Below are positions 30,861-40,896 of a stretch of 64,000 bases of DNA, piece after piece (positions within the stretch are counted from its first letter, which is position 1; each line of letters opens with the position of its first letter). The stretch comes from an uncultured virus (IMG/VR IMGVR_UViG_3300035670_000136). Lineage: Duplodnaviria > Heunggongvirae > Uroviricota > Caudoviricetes. The position numbers and the translations under genes were made by a program. The DNA lies in IMG/VR virus record IMGVR_UViG_3300035670_000136, one strand, 5' to 3'. Below the pieces are notes generated by a model, which worked only from the letters and a program-made list of their open reading frames with translations, had not been told where the DNA came from and made no database searches.

Positions 30861-32480
30861 ATGAATATATTCGGTTTTGAGATTTTACGCAAAAAAGAGG
30901 AAACTCTTGACGCATCAGTCACGCCTACAGTTGTAAGCCCACAGATCGAAGATGGAGCCATCAATATTTCAGCGGGATCCCATTATGGTATCTACGTTGA
31001 TATTGATGGCTCTTATCGTTCTGAGGTTGACCTCGTAACAAAATATCGCACAATGGCTATGCAACCAGAAGTTGAGCAAGCCATTGAAGATATCGTTAAC
31101 GAGTCAGTTGTGCACGACGAAGAAGGTAATTCTGTTAAGATTATGGTTGACGATTTAGAACAACCACAATCAATTAAAGATAAAATTACAGAAGAATTCA
31201 AACACGTCATAAAGTTGCTCGACTTCAATAACAACGGCGGTGATATTTTCCGTCGTTGGTATGTTGATGGTCGTTTATATTTTAACGTTATTATTGATCC
31301 AAATAATCCGCGAGCAGGCATACAAAGTTTGATCAATATTGATCCAAGACGTATTCGCAAAGTTAGAAACGTAAAAAAGAAAAAAGATAAAACAACGCAA
31401 ACAGAAGTTATCGATAACGTTGAAGAGTATTTTATTTACAACGAAAAAACATTAAACAATACGGTAAGCAATCCAATCTTAACAGGTAACTATTCAGGTG
31501 GAACAAAACTTACAAACGATTCAGTTGTATACTTAACATCAGGTTTGTATGATCCTGCTCGCTCTACTGTTTTAAGTTATTTACATAAAGCAATTCGTCC
31601 AATGAATCAATTGCGTTTCGTTGAAGATGCGATTGTCATTTATCGTTTAAGTCGTGCACCAGAACGTCGCGTATTCTATGTTGACGTTGGTAACATGCCT
31701 AAGATGAAAGCAGAACAATATCTGCGCGATCTTATGGTTAAGTATCGTAACAAACTTGTATACGATAGTACGACAGGCGAGATTCGTGACGACCGTCGTC
31801 AATTGTCAATGCTTGAAGATTTCTGGATGCCTCGTCGTGGCGAAGGTAAGTCTACTGAAATCACAACATTACCATCAGGTCAAAACCTTGGCGAGTTGTC
31901 AGACGTAAACTATTTCGAACGCAAATTATACAAATCGCTTAACGTTCCAATTTCTCGCCTCGAGGCACAACAAGGGTTTACACTTGGTCGTTCGAACGAG
32001 ATTACTCGCGACGAACTTAAGTTTATGCGTTTTATCGAAAAGTTGCGCGCTCGTTTTTCAATTATGTTCGATGAACTTATGGCTCGTCAACTTTCGTTGA
32101 AGGGTGTTTGTACTCTTGAAGAATGGCAAGATTTTAAGCAGTCAGTTCATTACGACTTCCTAAAAGATAACAATTTTGCCGAACTTAAAGAAGCCGAACT
32201 ATTGCAAAATAGAGTGGCTCTATTGAACGTTGTTGACCCATATGTTGGTAACTATTTCTCGAAAGCCTGGGTTCGTAAGCACGTATTGAACCTAACGGAA
32301 GATGATATTAAACTTATGGACGAGCAAATGGCTGAAGAAGCCGCTAATCAAGAAGTATCAACAGATTTACAAGGTGCTCCATCAGCTGCGCCAGGAGAAA
32401 TGCCGCAATTGGCAACAAATCCTACAGAAGATGAAGAAGACCCTGATGATATAAATAAAAAAGTCAAAGAATTATTTTAA
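30861..32480 (+). CDS. gp20: Portal protein gp20
   Basis: YRLSRAPERRVFYVDVGNMP, MLEDFW.PRR, ITRDELKF. Confidence 0.95.
   Translation: MNIFGFEILRKKEETLDASVTPTVVSPQIEDGAINISAGSHYGIYVDIDGSYRSEVDLVTKYRTMAMQPEVEQAIEDIVNESVVHDEEGNSVKIMVDDLEQPQSIKDKITEEFKHVIKLLDFNNNGGDIFRRWYVDGRLYFNVIIDPNNPRAGIQSLINIDPRRIRKVRNVKKKKDKTTQTEVIDNVEEYFIYNEKTLNNTVSNPILTGNYSGGTKLTNDSVVYLTSGLYDPARSTVLSYLHKAIRPMNQLRFVEDAIVIYRLSRAPERRVFYVDVGNMPKMKAEQYLRDLMVKYRNKLVYDSTTGEIRDDRRQLSMLEDFWMPRRGEGKSTEITTLPSGQNLGELSDVNYFERKLYKSLNVPISRLEAQQGFTLGRSNEITRDELKFMRFIEKLRARFSIMFDELMARQLSLKGVCTLEEWQDFKQSVHYDFLKDNNFAELKEAELLQNRVALLNVVDPYVGNYFSKAWVRKHVLNLTEDDIKLMDEQMAEEAANQEVSTDLQGAPSAAPGEMPQLATNPTEDEEDPDDINKKVKELF
32450..32457 (+). promoter_or_regulatory. 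Late promoter TATAAATA
   Basis: Exact T4 late consensus upstream of the prohead core genes. Confidence 0.7.
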
Positions 32481-32492
32481 GAGGCAAATATT

Positions 32493-32669
32493 ATGTCAAA
32501 TTTTACTGATTTTGCAATTCAACAAGATGTTATGTCATTTAAGGAAAAACTTGATAATGCAATTGCAACCAAAGTTGCTGATGCATTAGCGCAAAAAAAA
32601 CTTGAAGTTGCACAGACATTTTTTGATGCTCCAGAGGCTGTAGAAGCAGAAACAGGCGACGCACAATAA
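32493..32669 (+). CDS. Small acidic prohead core protein, gp67-like (missing from the ORF track)
   Basis: 58-aa ORF MSNFTDFAIQQDVMSFKEKLDNAIATKVADALAQKKLEVAQTFF...; GAGG RBS; position after gp20. Confidence 0.65.
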   Translation: MSNFTDFAIQQDVMSFKEKLDNAIATKVADALAQKKLEVAQTFFDAPEAVEAETGDAQ

Positions 32670-32670
32670 G

Positions 32671-33144
32671 ATGGCATCATTTAAAGAATTAAGAGCAAAA
32701 AGAAAACCATATCAAGATGTACCAGCAATGTTGGTGCTCAAACGAGTTGGTATTCGTAACTATCCAAACGGACAACAAGTTGCATTATATCACAATGCTG
32801 CTCTTGATTTGAACATCAGCGTTCCTTTCACTAAAAGTTCTTTAGATCCAGATGGTCGTTTAGGTGAGCCAGTTAAAATTGGCTCTTTACTACCAGCAGC
32901 TGCAATCTCAGAAGGTGTTATTGGATCTCTTAAAAGCATTGCTCAGTCACAACAACCTGGGCAGATTAAGTTTAACAACGGAACGACAGAAGAAGTGCAT
33001 CATGCAATCGCTCAACAGATTGTTGACGTACATGCAAAACTAGACAATTCAAATAAAGATAAATTTGAGCGTCTTGTAAATGTTGGTCCTGCAGGTTTGC
33101 AAAAAGTAACACACTGGCTTAAGAAACTAGAATCATCTAAATGA
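32671..33144 (+). CDS. Conserved hypothetical protein of the head gene cluster
   Basis: 157-aa ORF between the gp67-like and gp68-like genes. Confidence 0.6.
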   Translation: MASFKELRAKRKPYQDVPAMLVLKRVGIRNYPNGQQVALYHNAALDLNISVPFTKSSLDPDGRLGEPVKIGSLLPAAAISEGVIGSLKSIAQSQQPGQIKFNNGTTEEVHHAIAQQIVDVHAKLDNSNKDKFERLVNVGPAGLQKVTHWLKKLESSK

Positions 33145-33488
33145 AACGATTTAAATCATTCATAACAGAAGAAGATATTCAAAAAGTTGAAGAGCAACTT
33201 GACGAAGCCTCATCAGCATTTAAAACGCGCAAAATTGGTCGCATGAAACTTATTCCAATTCGTTTTCGTACAATTGGTGGTAAAGTTGTTGCGCAACGTC
33301 GTGTTAAGAAGTCAGCTGTTAAAGGTTTCACACTTCGTGGTGGAAAATTAGTTAGAATGAGCCCTGGTGAAAGAATGCGCCGCAAGCGCGCACAAAGACG
33401 CGGTGCCATCAAACGTCGAGCAAAAATGGCACGAGCAAAAATGAGAAGAATGCGTACAATGAGACGCAGAAAAGCACTCGGAATTTAA
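33141..33488 (+). CDS. Very basic prohead core protein (gp68-like position)
   Basis: Arg/Lys-rich C-terminus ending RRKALGI; immediately before gp21. Confidence 0.55.
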   Translation: MKRFKSFITEEDIQKVEEQLDEASSAFKTRKIGRMKLIPIRFRTIGGKVVAQRRVKKSAVKGFTLRGGKLVRMSPGERMRRKRAQRRGAIKRRAKMARAKMRRMRTMRRRKALGI

Positions 33489-33501
33489 AGGTATCATAAA
33501 A

Positions 33502-34146
33502 ATGAAATTAATCGTAGAAACAGTCGAAGCAGTCAAATACCTAACTGAAGAAAAGAACGGTGTAAAACAATATTACATCGAAGGTATTGGTCTTCAGGGT
33601 AACAAGGTAAATCGCAATTTGCGCGAGTACAGTACAGATATTCTTGCACGTGAAGTAAATCGTTACAATAAAGAATATGTTAATGAAAATCGCGCATTTG
33701 GTGAGCTCGGTCATCCAGACGGACCTTCAATTAATCTTGATCGCGTATCGCACATGATTAAAGAGATTCGTCAAGAAGGCGATAATTTCATTATTAAAGC
33801 AAAAATTTTAGACACTCCATTCGGAAAGATCGTCAAGAATCTTATCGATGAAGAATGCAAGTTAGGCGTTTCTTCTCGAGGAATGGGTACGCTAAAGTCT
33901 GTAAATGGTGTTAACCAAGTACAGAACGATTATTATCTAGCCACAGCGGCAGATATAGTAGCTGATCCTTCAGCACCTGATGCGTTCGTTCGCGGCATTA
34001 TGGAAGGCAAAGAATGGGTATGGAATAATGGCGTCATTGAAGAAGCCACCATAGACCAGATGCGCAATGAAATTGAAAGAGCAAAACGCAAGCAGTTGGA
34101 AGAGATCAAACTACGTCAATTTGAGAGCTTCCTCTCAAAACTGTAA
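33502..34146 (+). CDS. gp21: Prohead protease gp21
   Basis: GELGHP, LGVSSRGMG, DIVADPSAPDAFV. Confidence 0.95.
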   Translation: MKLIVETVEAVKYLTEEKNGVKQYYIEGIGLQGNKVNRNLREYSTDILAREVNRYNKEYVNENRAFGELGHPDGPSINLDRVSHMIKEIRQEGDNFIIKAKILDTPFGKIVKNLIDEECKLGVSSRGMGTLKSVNGVNQVQNDYYLATAADIVADPSAPDAFVRGIMEGKEWVWNNGVIEEATIDQMRNEIERAKRKQLEEIKLRQFESFLSKL

Positions 34147-34149
34147 TTT

Positions 34150-34157
34150 TATAAATA
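34150..34157 (+). promoter_or_regulatory. Late promoter TATAAATA for gp22/gp23
   Basis: Exact consensus, intergenic, followed by an AAGGAG RBS. Confidence 0.8.
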
Positions 34158-34185
34158 AAATCATAACCATAAGGAGTTATTTCTC

Positions 34186-35376
34186 ATGAAAACATTAGCA
34201 GAAGCTGCCGCTGAAATCTTGATGAAAACAAAATCAGATTCACCAGCAGAACCAATGAAGAAATTAGCAAGTGGTGCAGAGGTCGTTGATCTCGGCGGTT
34301 CAACACTTGACAAGCCAGAAGGTGACGAGATCGGCAAGAAAGCCGCTGCAGTACTTTCTCAGGCTCCTGCCCCAGGTAAGGGTGCAGCAGTTGCTGGCGA
34401 TAAAGCAGCAAAAGGTCTTGGCGGTGGTGCGTCAAATCCAACAGCAATGGCTGAAGAAGAAGAAGTTTCAGACGAAGATGTTGTTACAGAAGTTGAAGCA
34501 TCAGCTGACGAGACAATCGAAGTCGACGCTTCCTCAGAAGAATCAGTTGAAGAGATTGCTGAAGAAGAAGAATTGACTCCAGAAGAAATCGAAGAAGCCA
34601 AGCATGCTAAAGTCGCCATGATGCGCGATAAGATGAAGCAACTTGGCGTTAAGGAAGACATCGACGCCATTTTCAATGGTGAAGATCTTTCAGAAGAATT
34701 CAAGTCAAAGGTAGGCACAGTATTTGAAGCAGCCGTTATTGCTCGTGCAGTAAACGTTGTTGAAGAAATGGAAAAAGAAATCCTTTCTGCTGCAGCTCAA
34801 ACTATTGAAGAAGCCAAAGCACAGATCGAAGAGCAAGTCGACAGCTACCTCAACTATATGGTTGAGCAGTGGATGGAAGAGAACAAGCTCGCCGTTACAT
34901 CTGGCTTGAAGATGGAAATTGCTGAAGAATTCATGGCTGATATCAAGAATGTATTCGAAGCACACAACATCAACCTACCAGAAGAACAACTTGACGTTAT
35001 GGAAGCAATGGTTTCCGAAAACGAAGAGTTGAAGAAGAAGTTAAATGACGTTCTTCATAGCAACATTGAACTTAAGAAAGAAGTCAATGAATCAAAGAAG
35101 AATGAAATCGTTACTAAAGTTTGCGAAGGGCTCACCGCAACGCAAGCTGAAAAAGTAAAAACACTCGCAGAGGGTGTAGAGTTCACCACAGAGCGTGAAT
35201 ACTCAGAGAAGTTGAAGATCATTCGTGAACAATACTTCTCAAGTAAGGTGAAAACAACTGCTGCTACGCCTGTCGTAGAAAGCGTTGATCCTGCTCCAGC
35301 ATCGGACGAATCGGGAACGATTAGCCCATTGATGGAGCGTTATGTACGTTCAATTGGTAAAACTCTACCTCGTTAA
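34186..35376 (+). CDS. gp22: Prohead scaffold protein gp22
   Basis: Acidic coiled coil, LSEEFK, FEAAV, VDSYLNY..EQW. Confidence 0.9.
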   Translation: MKTLAEAAAEILMKTKSDSPAEPMKKLASGAEVVDLGGSTLDKPEGDEIGKKAAAVLSQAPAPGKGAAVAGDKAAKGLGGGASNPTAMAEEEEVSDEDVVTEVEASADETIEVDASSEESVEEIAEEEELTPEEIEEAKHAKVAMMRDKMKQLGVKEDIDAIFNGEDLSEEFKSKVGTVFEAAVIARAVNVVEEMEKEILSAAAQTIEEAKAQIEEQVDSYLNYMVEQWMEENKLAVTSGLKMEIAEEFMADIKNVFEAHNINLPEEQLDVMEAMVSENEELKKKLNDVLHSNIELKKEVNESKKNEIVTKVCEGLTATQAEKVKTLAEGVEFTTEREYSEKLKIIREQYFSSKVKTTAATPVVESVDPAPASDESGTISPLMERYVRSIGKTLPR

Positions 35377-35396
35377 TTTTTAGGAGTAAATGAAAA

Positions 35397-36749
35397 ATGT
35401 ATTTATCTGAACAAATCCAATCAAAGTGGGCACCAGTCCTAGATCACCCAGATCTACCAAAGATTGATGACCCATACCGCCGTGCTGTTACGGCAGTCGT
35501 TCTTGAGAACCAAGAGCGCGCAATGGCTGAAGAAGCACGTCTTCTTTCAGAAGCATCACCTGCGAACATCACAGGCTTTACAACTAACTCATCAGCTGGC
35601 GGTGCAACTGCTGGTTATGATCCAATCCTAGTAAGCCTCGTTCGTCGTTCATTGCCAAACCTAATGGCTTATGACATCTGCGGCGTTCAGCCAATGACTG
35701 GTCCAACAGGTTTGATCTTCGCAATGCGTTCAAAGTTTGCCAACAACACTGCACTACTTGGTTCAGTTGGTCAAGGCAACGACGCTGGCGAAGCATTGTA
35801 CAACGAAGCCGACACAGACTTCTCAGGTACAGGCACTCACACGCCATTCGATTCAGCTGTTAACCCAGGTTCAAACAGCGCATCAGTCTTCGGCTCAGCA
35901 AACACTGGTTACGGTGTTACAACAGCTGTTGGTGAAGATCTTGGCAGCGGCACAGCAATGGGCGCAATGGGCTTCTCAATTGAGAAGGTCACTGTAACAG
36001 CAAATACTCGCGCATTGAAGGCAGAGTATACACTAGAACTAGCACAAGACCTCAAGGCAGTGCATGGTCTAGACGCTGAAACAGAATTGGCAAATATTCT
36101 TTCAACAGAAATTCTTGCCGAAATCAACCGCGAAGTCGTTCGTACGATTTATCGTACAGCAACTCCAGGTGTTGCGTTTGCTGGTGCACCAGGTACATTC
36201 AACCTAGCAACTTCAGGTGGTGACACCGACGGTCGCTGGCAGGTTGAGAAGTATAAGGGCTTGATCTATGCAATCGAAAGAGAAGCAAATAAAATTGCTA
36301 AAGACACCCGTCGTGGCAAGGGCAATATCGTCGTCTGCTCATCAGACGTCGCATCAGCCCTCGCAATGTCAGGTCTTCTCGATTACAACTCAGCTCTCGC
36401 TGGTCAAGTAAGCCTAACTGTTGATGACACAGGCAACACATTCGCTGGTACACTATTCGGTCGTATCAAGGTTTATGTTGATCCATATTCTGTCCAAACA
36501 GCAGACTACGCAGTAGTTGGTTACAAGGGTACAGTAGCATATGACGCTGGTCTATTCTATTGCCCATATGTCCCACTACAAATGGTCCGCGCAATCAATC
36601 CAGATACCTTCCAGCCAAAAATTGGCTTCAAGACCCGTTATGGTCTAGTTGCTAACCCATATGCTGAAGGATCAACGATTGGTCTTGGCAGACTAGCAAA
36701 CAACTCAAACCTATACTACCGCAAGTTTATCGTTTCAAACTTGAAGTAA
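35397..36749 (+). CDS. gp23: Major capsid protein gp23
   Basis: CGVQPMTGPTGLIFAMR, ELAQDLKAVHGLDAE, FQPKIGFKTRYG. Confidence 0.97.
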   Translation: MYLSEQIQSKWAPVLDHPDLPKIDDPYRRAVTAVVLENQERAMAEEARLLSEASPANITGFTTNSSAGGATAGYDPILVSLVRRSLPNLMAYDICGVQPMTGPTGLIFAMRSKFANNTALLGSVGQGNDAGEALYNEADTDFSGTGTHTPFDSAVNPGSNSASVFGSANTGYGVTTAVGEDLGSGTAMGAMGFSIEKVTVTANTRALKAEYTLELAQDLKAVHGLDAETELANILSTEILAEINREVVRTIYRTATPGVAFAGAPGTFNLATSGGDTDGRWQVEKYKGLIYAIEREANKIAKDTRRGKGNIVVCSSDVASALAMSGLLDYNSALAGQVSLTVDDTGNTFAGTLFGRIKVYVDPYSVQTADYAVVGYKGTVAYDAGLFYCPYVPLQMVRAINPDTFQPKIGFKTRYGLVANPYAEGSTIGLGRLANNSNLYYRKFIVSNLK

Positions 36750-36804
36750 TATTTGTTGAGAAAGTATTTGCCAACTTATCTAAAATAATAAGGCAAAACA
36801 AATT

Positions 36805-36834
36805 AGAGGGGGTCGAAAGACTCCCTCTTTTTTT
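36805..36834 (+). terminator. Rho-independent terminator after gp23
   Basis: AGAGGGGGTC-GAAA-GACTCCCTCT followed by a T run. Confidence 0.9.
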
Positions 36835-36871
36835 ACACCTAAATAATTTGTAGTCACACGGAGCGATACTC

Positions 36872-37411
36872 ATGTCAGTATCATATGTACCAAAAGATCG
36901 CGATATCGCACAATATAATAAGTTCAAATTAAATTTTGATCGTTTACCTAATATGACATTTTTCTGTAAAAATGTTAATCTTCCAGGTATCATCAATAAT
37001 GCCGTTCGTGTAGAAACGCCATTTTCTGCATTTTTAGTCCCTGGTGATAAAACCGAATTCAATACACTAGAAGTAAATTTTTTAGTTGATGTGAATTACA
37101 CTGCTTGGTTAGAAATATTCAATTGGATTACAGCACTAACCTTCCCTAAAGATTTCGAACAATATCAAAATTTACAAAATACACAACGCACAACCTTAAT
37201 ACCTAGCGGTCGTCAACGTGGAAATCAATATAGTGATGCAATGCTTACAATCTATACAAATAGAAATAACGCAAACCTTCGAATAAAGTTTAAAGATTGC
37301 TTTCCTCTTGCAATTGGATCCATTGAATTTGATGTAGAAAAGACGGCTGAAGACCCTGTTATGTGTAGCGCAAGTTTTGGGTATTCTCTTTACGAAATTG
37401 AAAAAGTATAG
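36872..37411 (+). CDS. gp3: Tail tube terminator / completion protein gp3-like
   Basis: FFC..VNLPGI, PGDK.EF..L.V.FLVD, YSDA.L.I, FKDCFP. Confidence 0.75.
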   Translation: MSVSYVPKDRDIAQYNKFKLNFDRLPNMTFFCKNVNLPGIINNAVRVETPFSAFLVPGDKTEFNTLEVNFLVDVNYTAWLEIFNWITALTFPKDFEQYQNLQNTQRTTLIPSGRQRGNQYSDAMLTIYTNRNNANLRIKFKDCFPLAIGSIEFDVEKTAEDPVMCSASFGYSLYEIEKV

Positions 37412-37417
37412 TATAAT
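37389..37417 (+). promoter_or_regulatory. Putative sigma70-type promoter for uvsY
   Basis: TTTACG-N17-TATAAT. Confidence 0.5.
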
Positions 37418-37453
37418 AATATAACAACCAGTTGTATTATTTAAGGTGTATGT

Positions 37454-37897
37454 ATGAATGCGATTCCGCTCACTCAGATCATTGAGATGTGGGAAAAAGA
37501 CTCAGAAGTGGATCAAACTGAGCCTGGTAAAGAAATCATCAAGATTCCAACACTTCACGCGAAGTATGCGCGCATTCTTTCAGCACATTCTCTTGCTTCG
37601 AAGCAGTGTCATATTGAATATGCGAGAATGAAAAAGATCAAGTATGAATATTACAACGGCAAACTTGATGCTGATGAATTGAAGAAGTATGGCTGGGAAC
37701 CTTTTCGATTTTTATTAAAGTCAGATATAGGTACATATCTTGACGCCGATCAAGATCTTGTAAAGATTACAGCCAAACTCGCATTACATGAGGAATCAAT
37801 TACTTTTTGTTCTTCGGTGCTTAAAGAGTTGAACGCTCGCACATATCAATTACGTGCATTTATGGATTGGGAAAAATTCATTCAGGGTGGACATTAA
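37454..37897 (+). CDS. uvsY: Recombination mediator UvsY
   Basis: IP.LHAKY, YY.GK, YLDAD.D, W.KF..G; synteny with uvsW. Confidence 0.8.
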   Translation: MNAIPLTQIIEMWEKDSEVDQTEPGKEIIKIPTLHAKYARILSAHSLASKQCHIEYARMKKIKYEYYNGKLDADELKKYGWEPFRFLLKSDIGTYLDADQDLVKITAKLALHEESITFCSSVLKELNARTYQLRAFMDWEKFIQGGH

Positions 37898-38076
37898 TGG
37901 TATCGAATAAGAACGATCAAGACGCTCATGATGCGCTTAATGGATTTCCGTTAGAAGAAACGCAACCCTCACTCAAAGAAGCTGCTGCAGCTGCACTCAA
38001 AGAATTAGAACGGATAAATAAATTTATCGTCATTGACAATTCTGTCATTGAGAAATTGAAAAATGCTTTGGTATGA
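37897..38076 (+). CDS. Small hypothetical protein
   Basis: 59-aa ORF coupled to the uvsY stop (TAATG) and the uvsW start (ATGA). Confidence 0.45.
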   Translation: MVSNKNDQDAHDALNGFPLEETQPSLKEAAAAALKELERINKFIVIDNSVIEKLKNALV

Positions 38077-39581
38077 TAATCTACACAAATATTCACATCA
38101 CTGTTAAAAAAATAAATGAGGTTTATCTTCATTTAGAATGCGAAGAAAATATAAAAGCAGAGTTAGCTGAATATTTTTCTTTTTTTGCTCCCAATTATCA
38201 GTTTAGTCCATTATATAAAAAGAAAATTTGGAACGGGAAAATTTATCTTTTTAATCGTAAAAAATCTTTGCTGTTTGCAGGGTTAGTGCGTTATCTAAAC
38301 GAGTTTGCTAAAGAAAAAGATTATGCAATTGATTATGACGATTCAATTGACGTATTCAACGAATACTCATTAGAAGAAGCCAAGCAGTTCGCAGATTCTC
38401 TCAATTTGCAGTCACGCAATCAACCTATTGAAGTTCGCGATTATCAATTAGCAGGATTTGCAAAAGCAATTCGCTATCAAAAGATGCTGATGCTTTCACC
38501 TACAGCATCGGGTAAATCATTAATCATTTACTTGATTATGCGCAAACTTTTTGCCGATAAATGTAAACGCGGACTACTTATTGTTCCGACTGTTTCTCTT
38601 GTTGAACAAATGTACAGCGACTTTGCTGATTATTCTACAGGTAATGGATGGAACGTAAGTAATAATTGCCAAAAAATTTATCAGGGTCAAGATAAACTGA
38701 TTACTCGTAATTTAGTCATCTCTACATGGCAATCTATTATGGATATGCCTAAAAAGTTTTTTGAGCAGTTTGATTTTGTTATTGGCGACGAAGCGCATGG
38801 CTTCGAAGCAAAGTCGCTTTCTAAAATTATGACACGACTAGTCAATGCAAAGTATCGTATTGGTACAACTGGTACGGTTAAGGATACCAAAGTGCATAAG
38901 TTGTCACTAGAAGGTTACTTTGGTGCAATCACTAAGATTATTACAACGAAAGAGTTGATTGATCGTGGTCAGTTATCCGACTTTGAGATCAAATGCTTAA
39001 CGTTAAAATATTCTGAACAAACTTGCGCAATGGTAAGTAAATTTGATTACCAGCAAGAAATGGACTTTCTCGTAACGAACAACTCACGAAATATTTTCAT
39101 TAGAAACTTGGCTTTATCGTTAAATAATAATACACTAGTATTGTTTCAATACGTTGAAAAACACGGTAAAGCATTATACGATATGATCTCTGAGAAAGCA
39201 GGAAATCGAAAAGTATTTTTTGTTTTCGGTGGAACTGATGTCATAGATCGAGAAGAAATTCGTAAAATTGTAGAAACAGAAAAAGACGCTATCATTGTTG
39301 CTTCGTATGGAGTATACTCTACTGGCGTAAATATTCGTAACCTACATAATATTATATTCGCTTCACCAAGTAAGTCTAAGATTCGCAATCTTCAATCTAT
39401 AGGTCGCGGCTTACGATTAGGAGACGATAAAGAAAAAGCCACTCTTTACGATATCTCTGATGACCTTCGGTACAAGAAATATGTCAATTTCACATTGAAG
39501 CATTTCGCTGAACGACTTAAGATATATCACGAAGAGAAATTCAAAATCTCAACCTATAAGGTAGAATTAAAAAATGGGTAA
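38073..39581 (+). CDS. uvsW: SF2 DNA helicase UvsW
   Basis: SPTASGKS, DEAH, STGVNI, QSIGRGLR. Confidence 0.92.
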   Translation: MIIYTNIHITVKKINEVYLHLECEENIKAELAEYFSFFAPNYQFSPLYKKKIWNGKIYLFNRKKSLLFAGLVRYLNEFAKEKDYAIDYDDSIDVFNEYSLEEAKQFADSLNLQSRNQPIEVRDYQLAGFAKAIRYQKMLMLSPTASGKSLIIYLIMRKLFADKCKRGLLIVPTVSLVEQMYSDFADYSTGNGWNVSNNCQKIYQGQDKLITRNLVISTWQSIMDMPKKFFEQFDFVIGDEAHGFEAKSLSKIMTRLVNAKYRIGTTGTVKDTKVHKLSLEGYFGAITKIITTKELIDRGQLSDFEIKCLTLKYSEQTCAMVSKFDYQQEMDFLVTNNSRNIFIRNLALSLNNNTLVLFQYVEKHGKALYDMISEKAGNRKVFFVFGGTDVIDREEIRKIVETEKDAIIVASYGVYSTGVNIRNLHNIIFASPSKSKIRNLQSIGRGLRLGDDKEKATLYDISDDLRYKKYVNFTLKHFAERLKIYHEEKFKISTYKVELKNG

Positions 39582-39999
39582 ACAAGAAAAAAACGTTAAG
39601 TTTATCAAACTTAATAACGGTGAAGATTTAATTGCTGAAATTGAAGATTCAAATGATACACAGTTCATGTTTAAAAATCCGATGAAGATCATCGTAGATA
39701 CAGATTTAGAAACAAGTAAACAAATTATCTTTTTACACCCTTGGCTTCCTTCAGGTGTTGTGCAAATGAACAGTATAACTTTACCTTCGAACGTTGTCTT
39801 CTTGACAACAGAAGTATTAGATGATGTTCGTGAATACTACATCAATATGGTCTCGGAAGTCGAGATGAGCGAAATGATTAAAAAGAAACAGAAAAGAAAG
39901 AAAAAGAAAGTAGTTTCTTCTGAACCACTCGAAACAGATAATGTATTAGATTTCTCTGAGTTGATAGATAGAATTAAGAAGAATAGACCAATACACTAA
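39574..39999 (+). CDS. Conserved hypothetical protein
   Basis: IKL.NGEDLIA motif; usual position between uvsW and gp55. Confidence 0.6.
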   Translation: MGKQEKNVKFIKLNNGEDLIAEIEDSNDTQFMFKNPMKIIVDTDLETSKQIIFLHPWLPSGVVQMNSITLPSNVVFLTTEVLDDVREYYINMVSEVEMSEMIKKKQKRKKKKVVSSEPLETDNVLDFSELIDRIKKNRPIH

Positions 40000-40036
40000 A
40001 GAATATCTAATATAGCATTCAACCGACCACATACTT

Positions 40037-40065
40037 ATTATAAACTTCAACTTTTTACAGGTCAA
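40037..40065 (-). promoter_or_regulatory. Antisense sigma70-type promoter overlapping the gp55 leader
   Basis: Minus strand reads TTGACC-N17-TATAAT. Confidence 0.55.
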
Positions 40066-40070
40066 GCAGC

Positions 40071-40616
40071 ATGGCAAAGAAAAATCATTATGTAAACAAT
40101 GCCGACTTTCTGAAGGCATTAACTGAGTACAAAAAGGCTTGTCGCAAGGCAAAACGCGAGGGATTACCCAAACCAAACATTCCAGATTATATTGGAAAGT
40201 GTTTGATGCTCATTGCTGAAAATCTTTCACATAAACCAAATTTCCTCTCATACTCGTTTCGAGATGAAATGATTGGTGATGCGATCGAAAACTGCATCAT
40301 GTATTTTGATAACTTTGATCCGAAAAAATCAAAGAACCCATTCGCATACTTTACGCAGATCATTTACTTTGCTTTCATTCGCCGCATTCACAAAGAAAAG
40401 AAGCAGTTATATGTAAAATATAAGTCTACTGAACAAATTGGTATATTGGATGAATACGATCAGTTCGACTCAGATGAAAACGGCGGTATGACGAAACAGT
40501 TTGAGATGTATGATAACATCTCTGAGTTTATCGTAAACTTTGAAGAATCTAAGTTGAATAAGAAAAACAAACGCAAGAAAAAGAAGTCGCTAGAAAACTT
40601 CATCAGTGAGGACTAA
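40071..40616 (+). CDS. gp55: Late-transcription sigma factor gp55
   Basis: HYVNN..FL, NF..YS.RDEMI.D, NPFAYFTQI..AF.RRI. Confidence 0.92.
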   Translation: MAKKNHYVNNADFLKALTEYKKACRKAKREGLPKPNIPDYIGKCLMLIAENLSHKPNFLSYSFRDEMIGDAIENCIMYFDNFDPKKSKNPFAYFTQIIYFAFIRRIHKEKKQLYVKYKSTEQIGILDEYDQFDSDENGGMTKQFEMYDNISEFIVNFEESKLNKKNKRKKKKSLENFISED

Positions 40617-40617
40617 A

Positions 40618-40896
40618 ATGGCTACCAAACCACAAGAAGAAGATTTTGGCTTTACATTTATTGACGAATCCGAAATCGATGCTGAGATCAAACGAGTCGC
40701 CGAAGGTGCAGCGGAAGAAGCCTCACTTCAAGTTGAATTGTCATATAAAGATCGTTTGAAACAGGTTGAGGATCTCATTCTTCCGTTCCTAACAAACTTG
40801 ACTAAAGACCCGCAAAAGGTTATGATTAAGTGGCCAAATAGAGCCGAAGTTGTTGATCGGCAAATTCAGAAACTACTTAAGATTACACGTGACTAA
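40618..40896 (+). CDS. Hypothetical protein
   Basis: DFGFTF...LILPFL.NL.K.P....I.WPNR pattern; GAGG RBS. Confidence 0.55.
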   Translation: MATKPQEEDFGFTFIDESEIDAEIKRVAEGAAEEASLQVELSYKDRLKQVEDLILPFLTNLTKDPQKVMIKWPNRAEVVDRQIQKLLKITRD

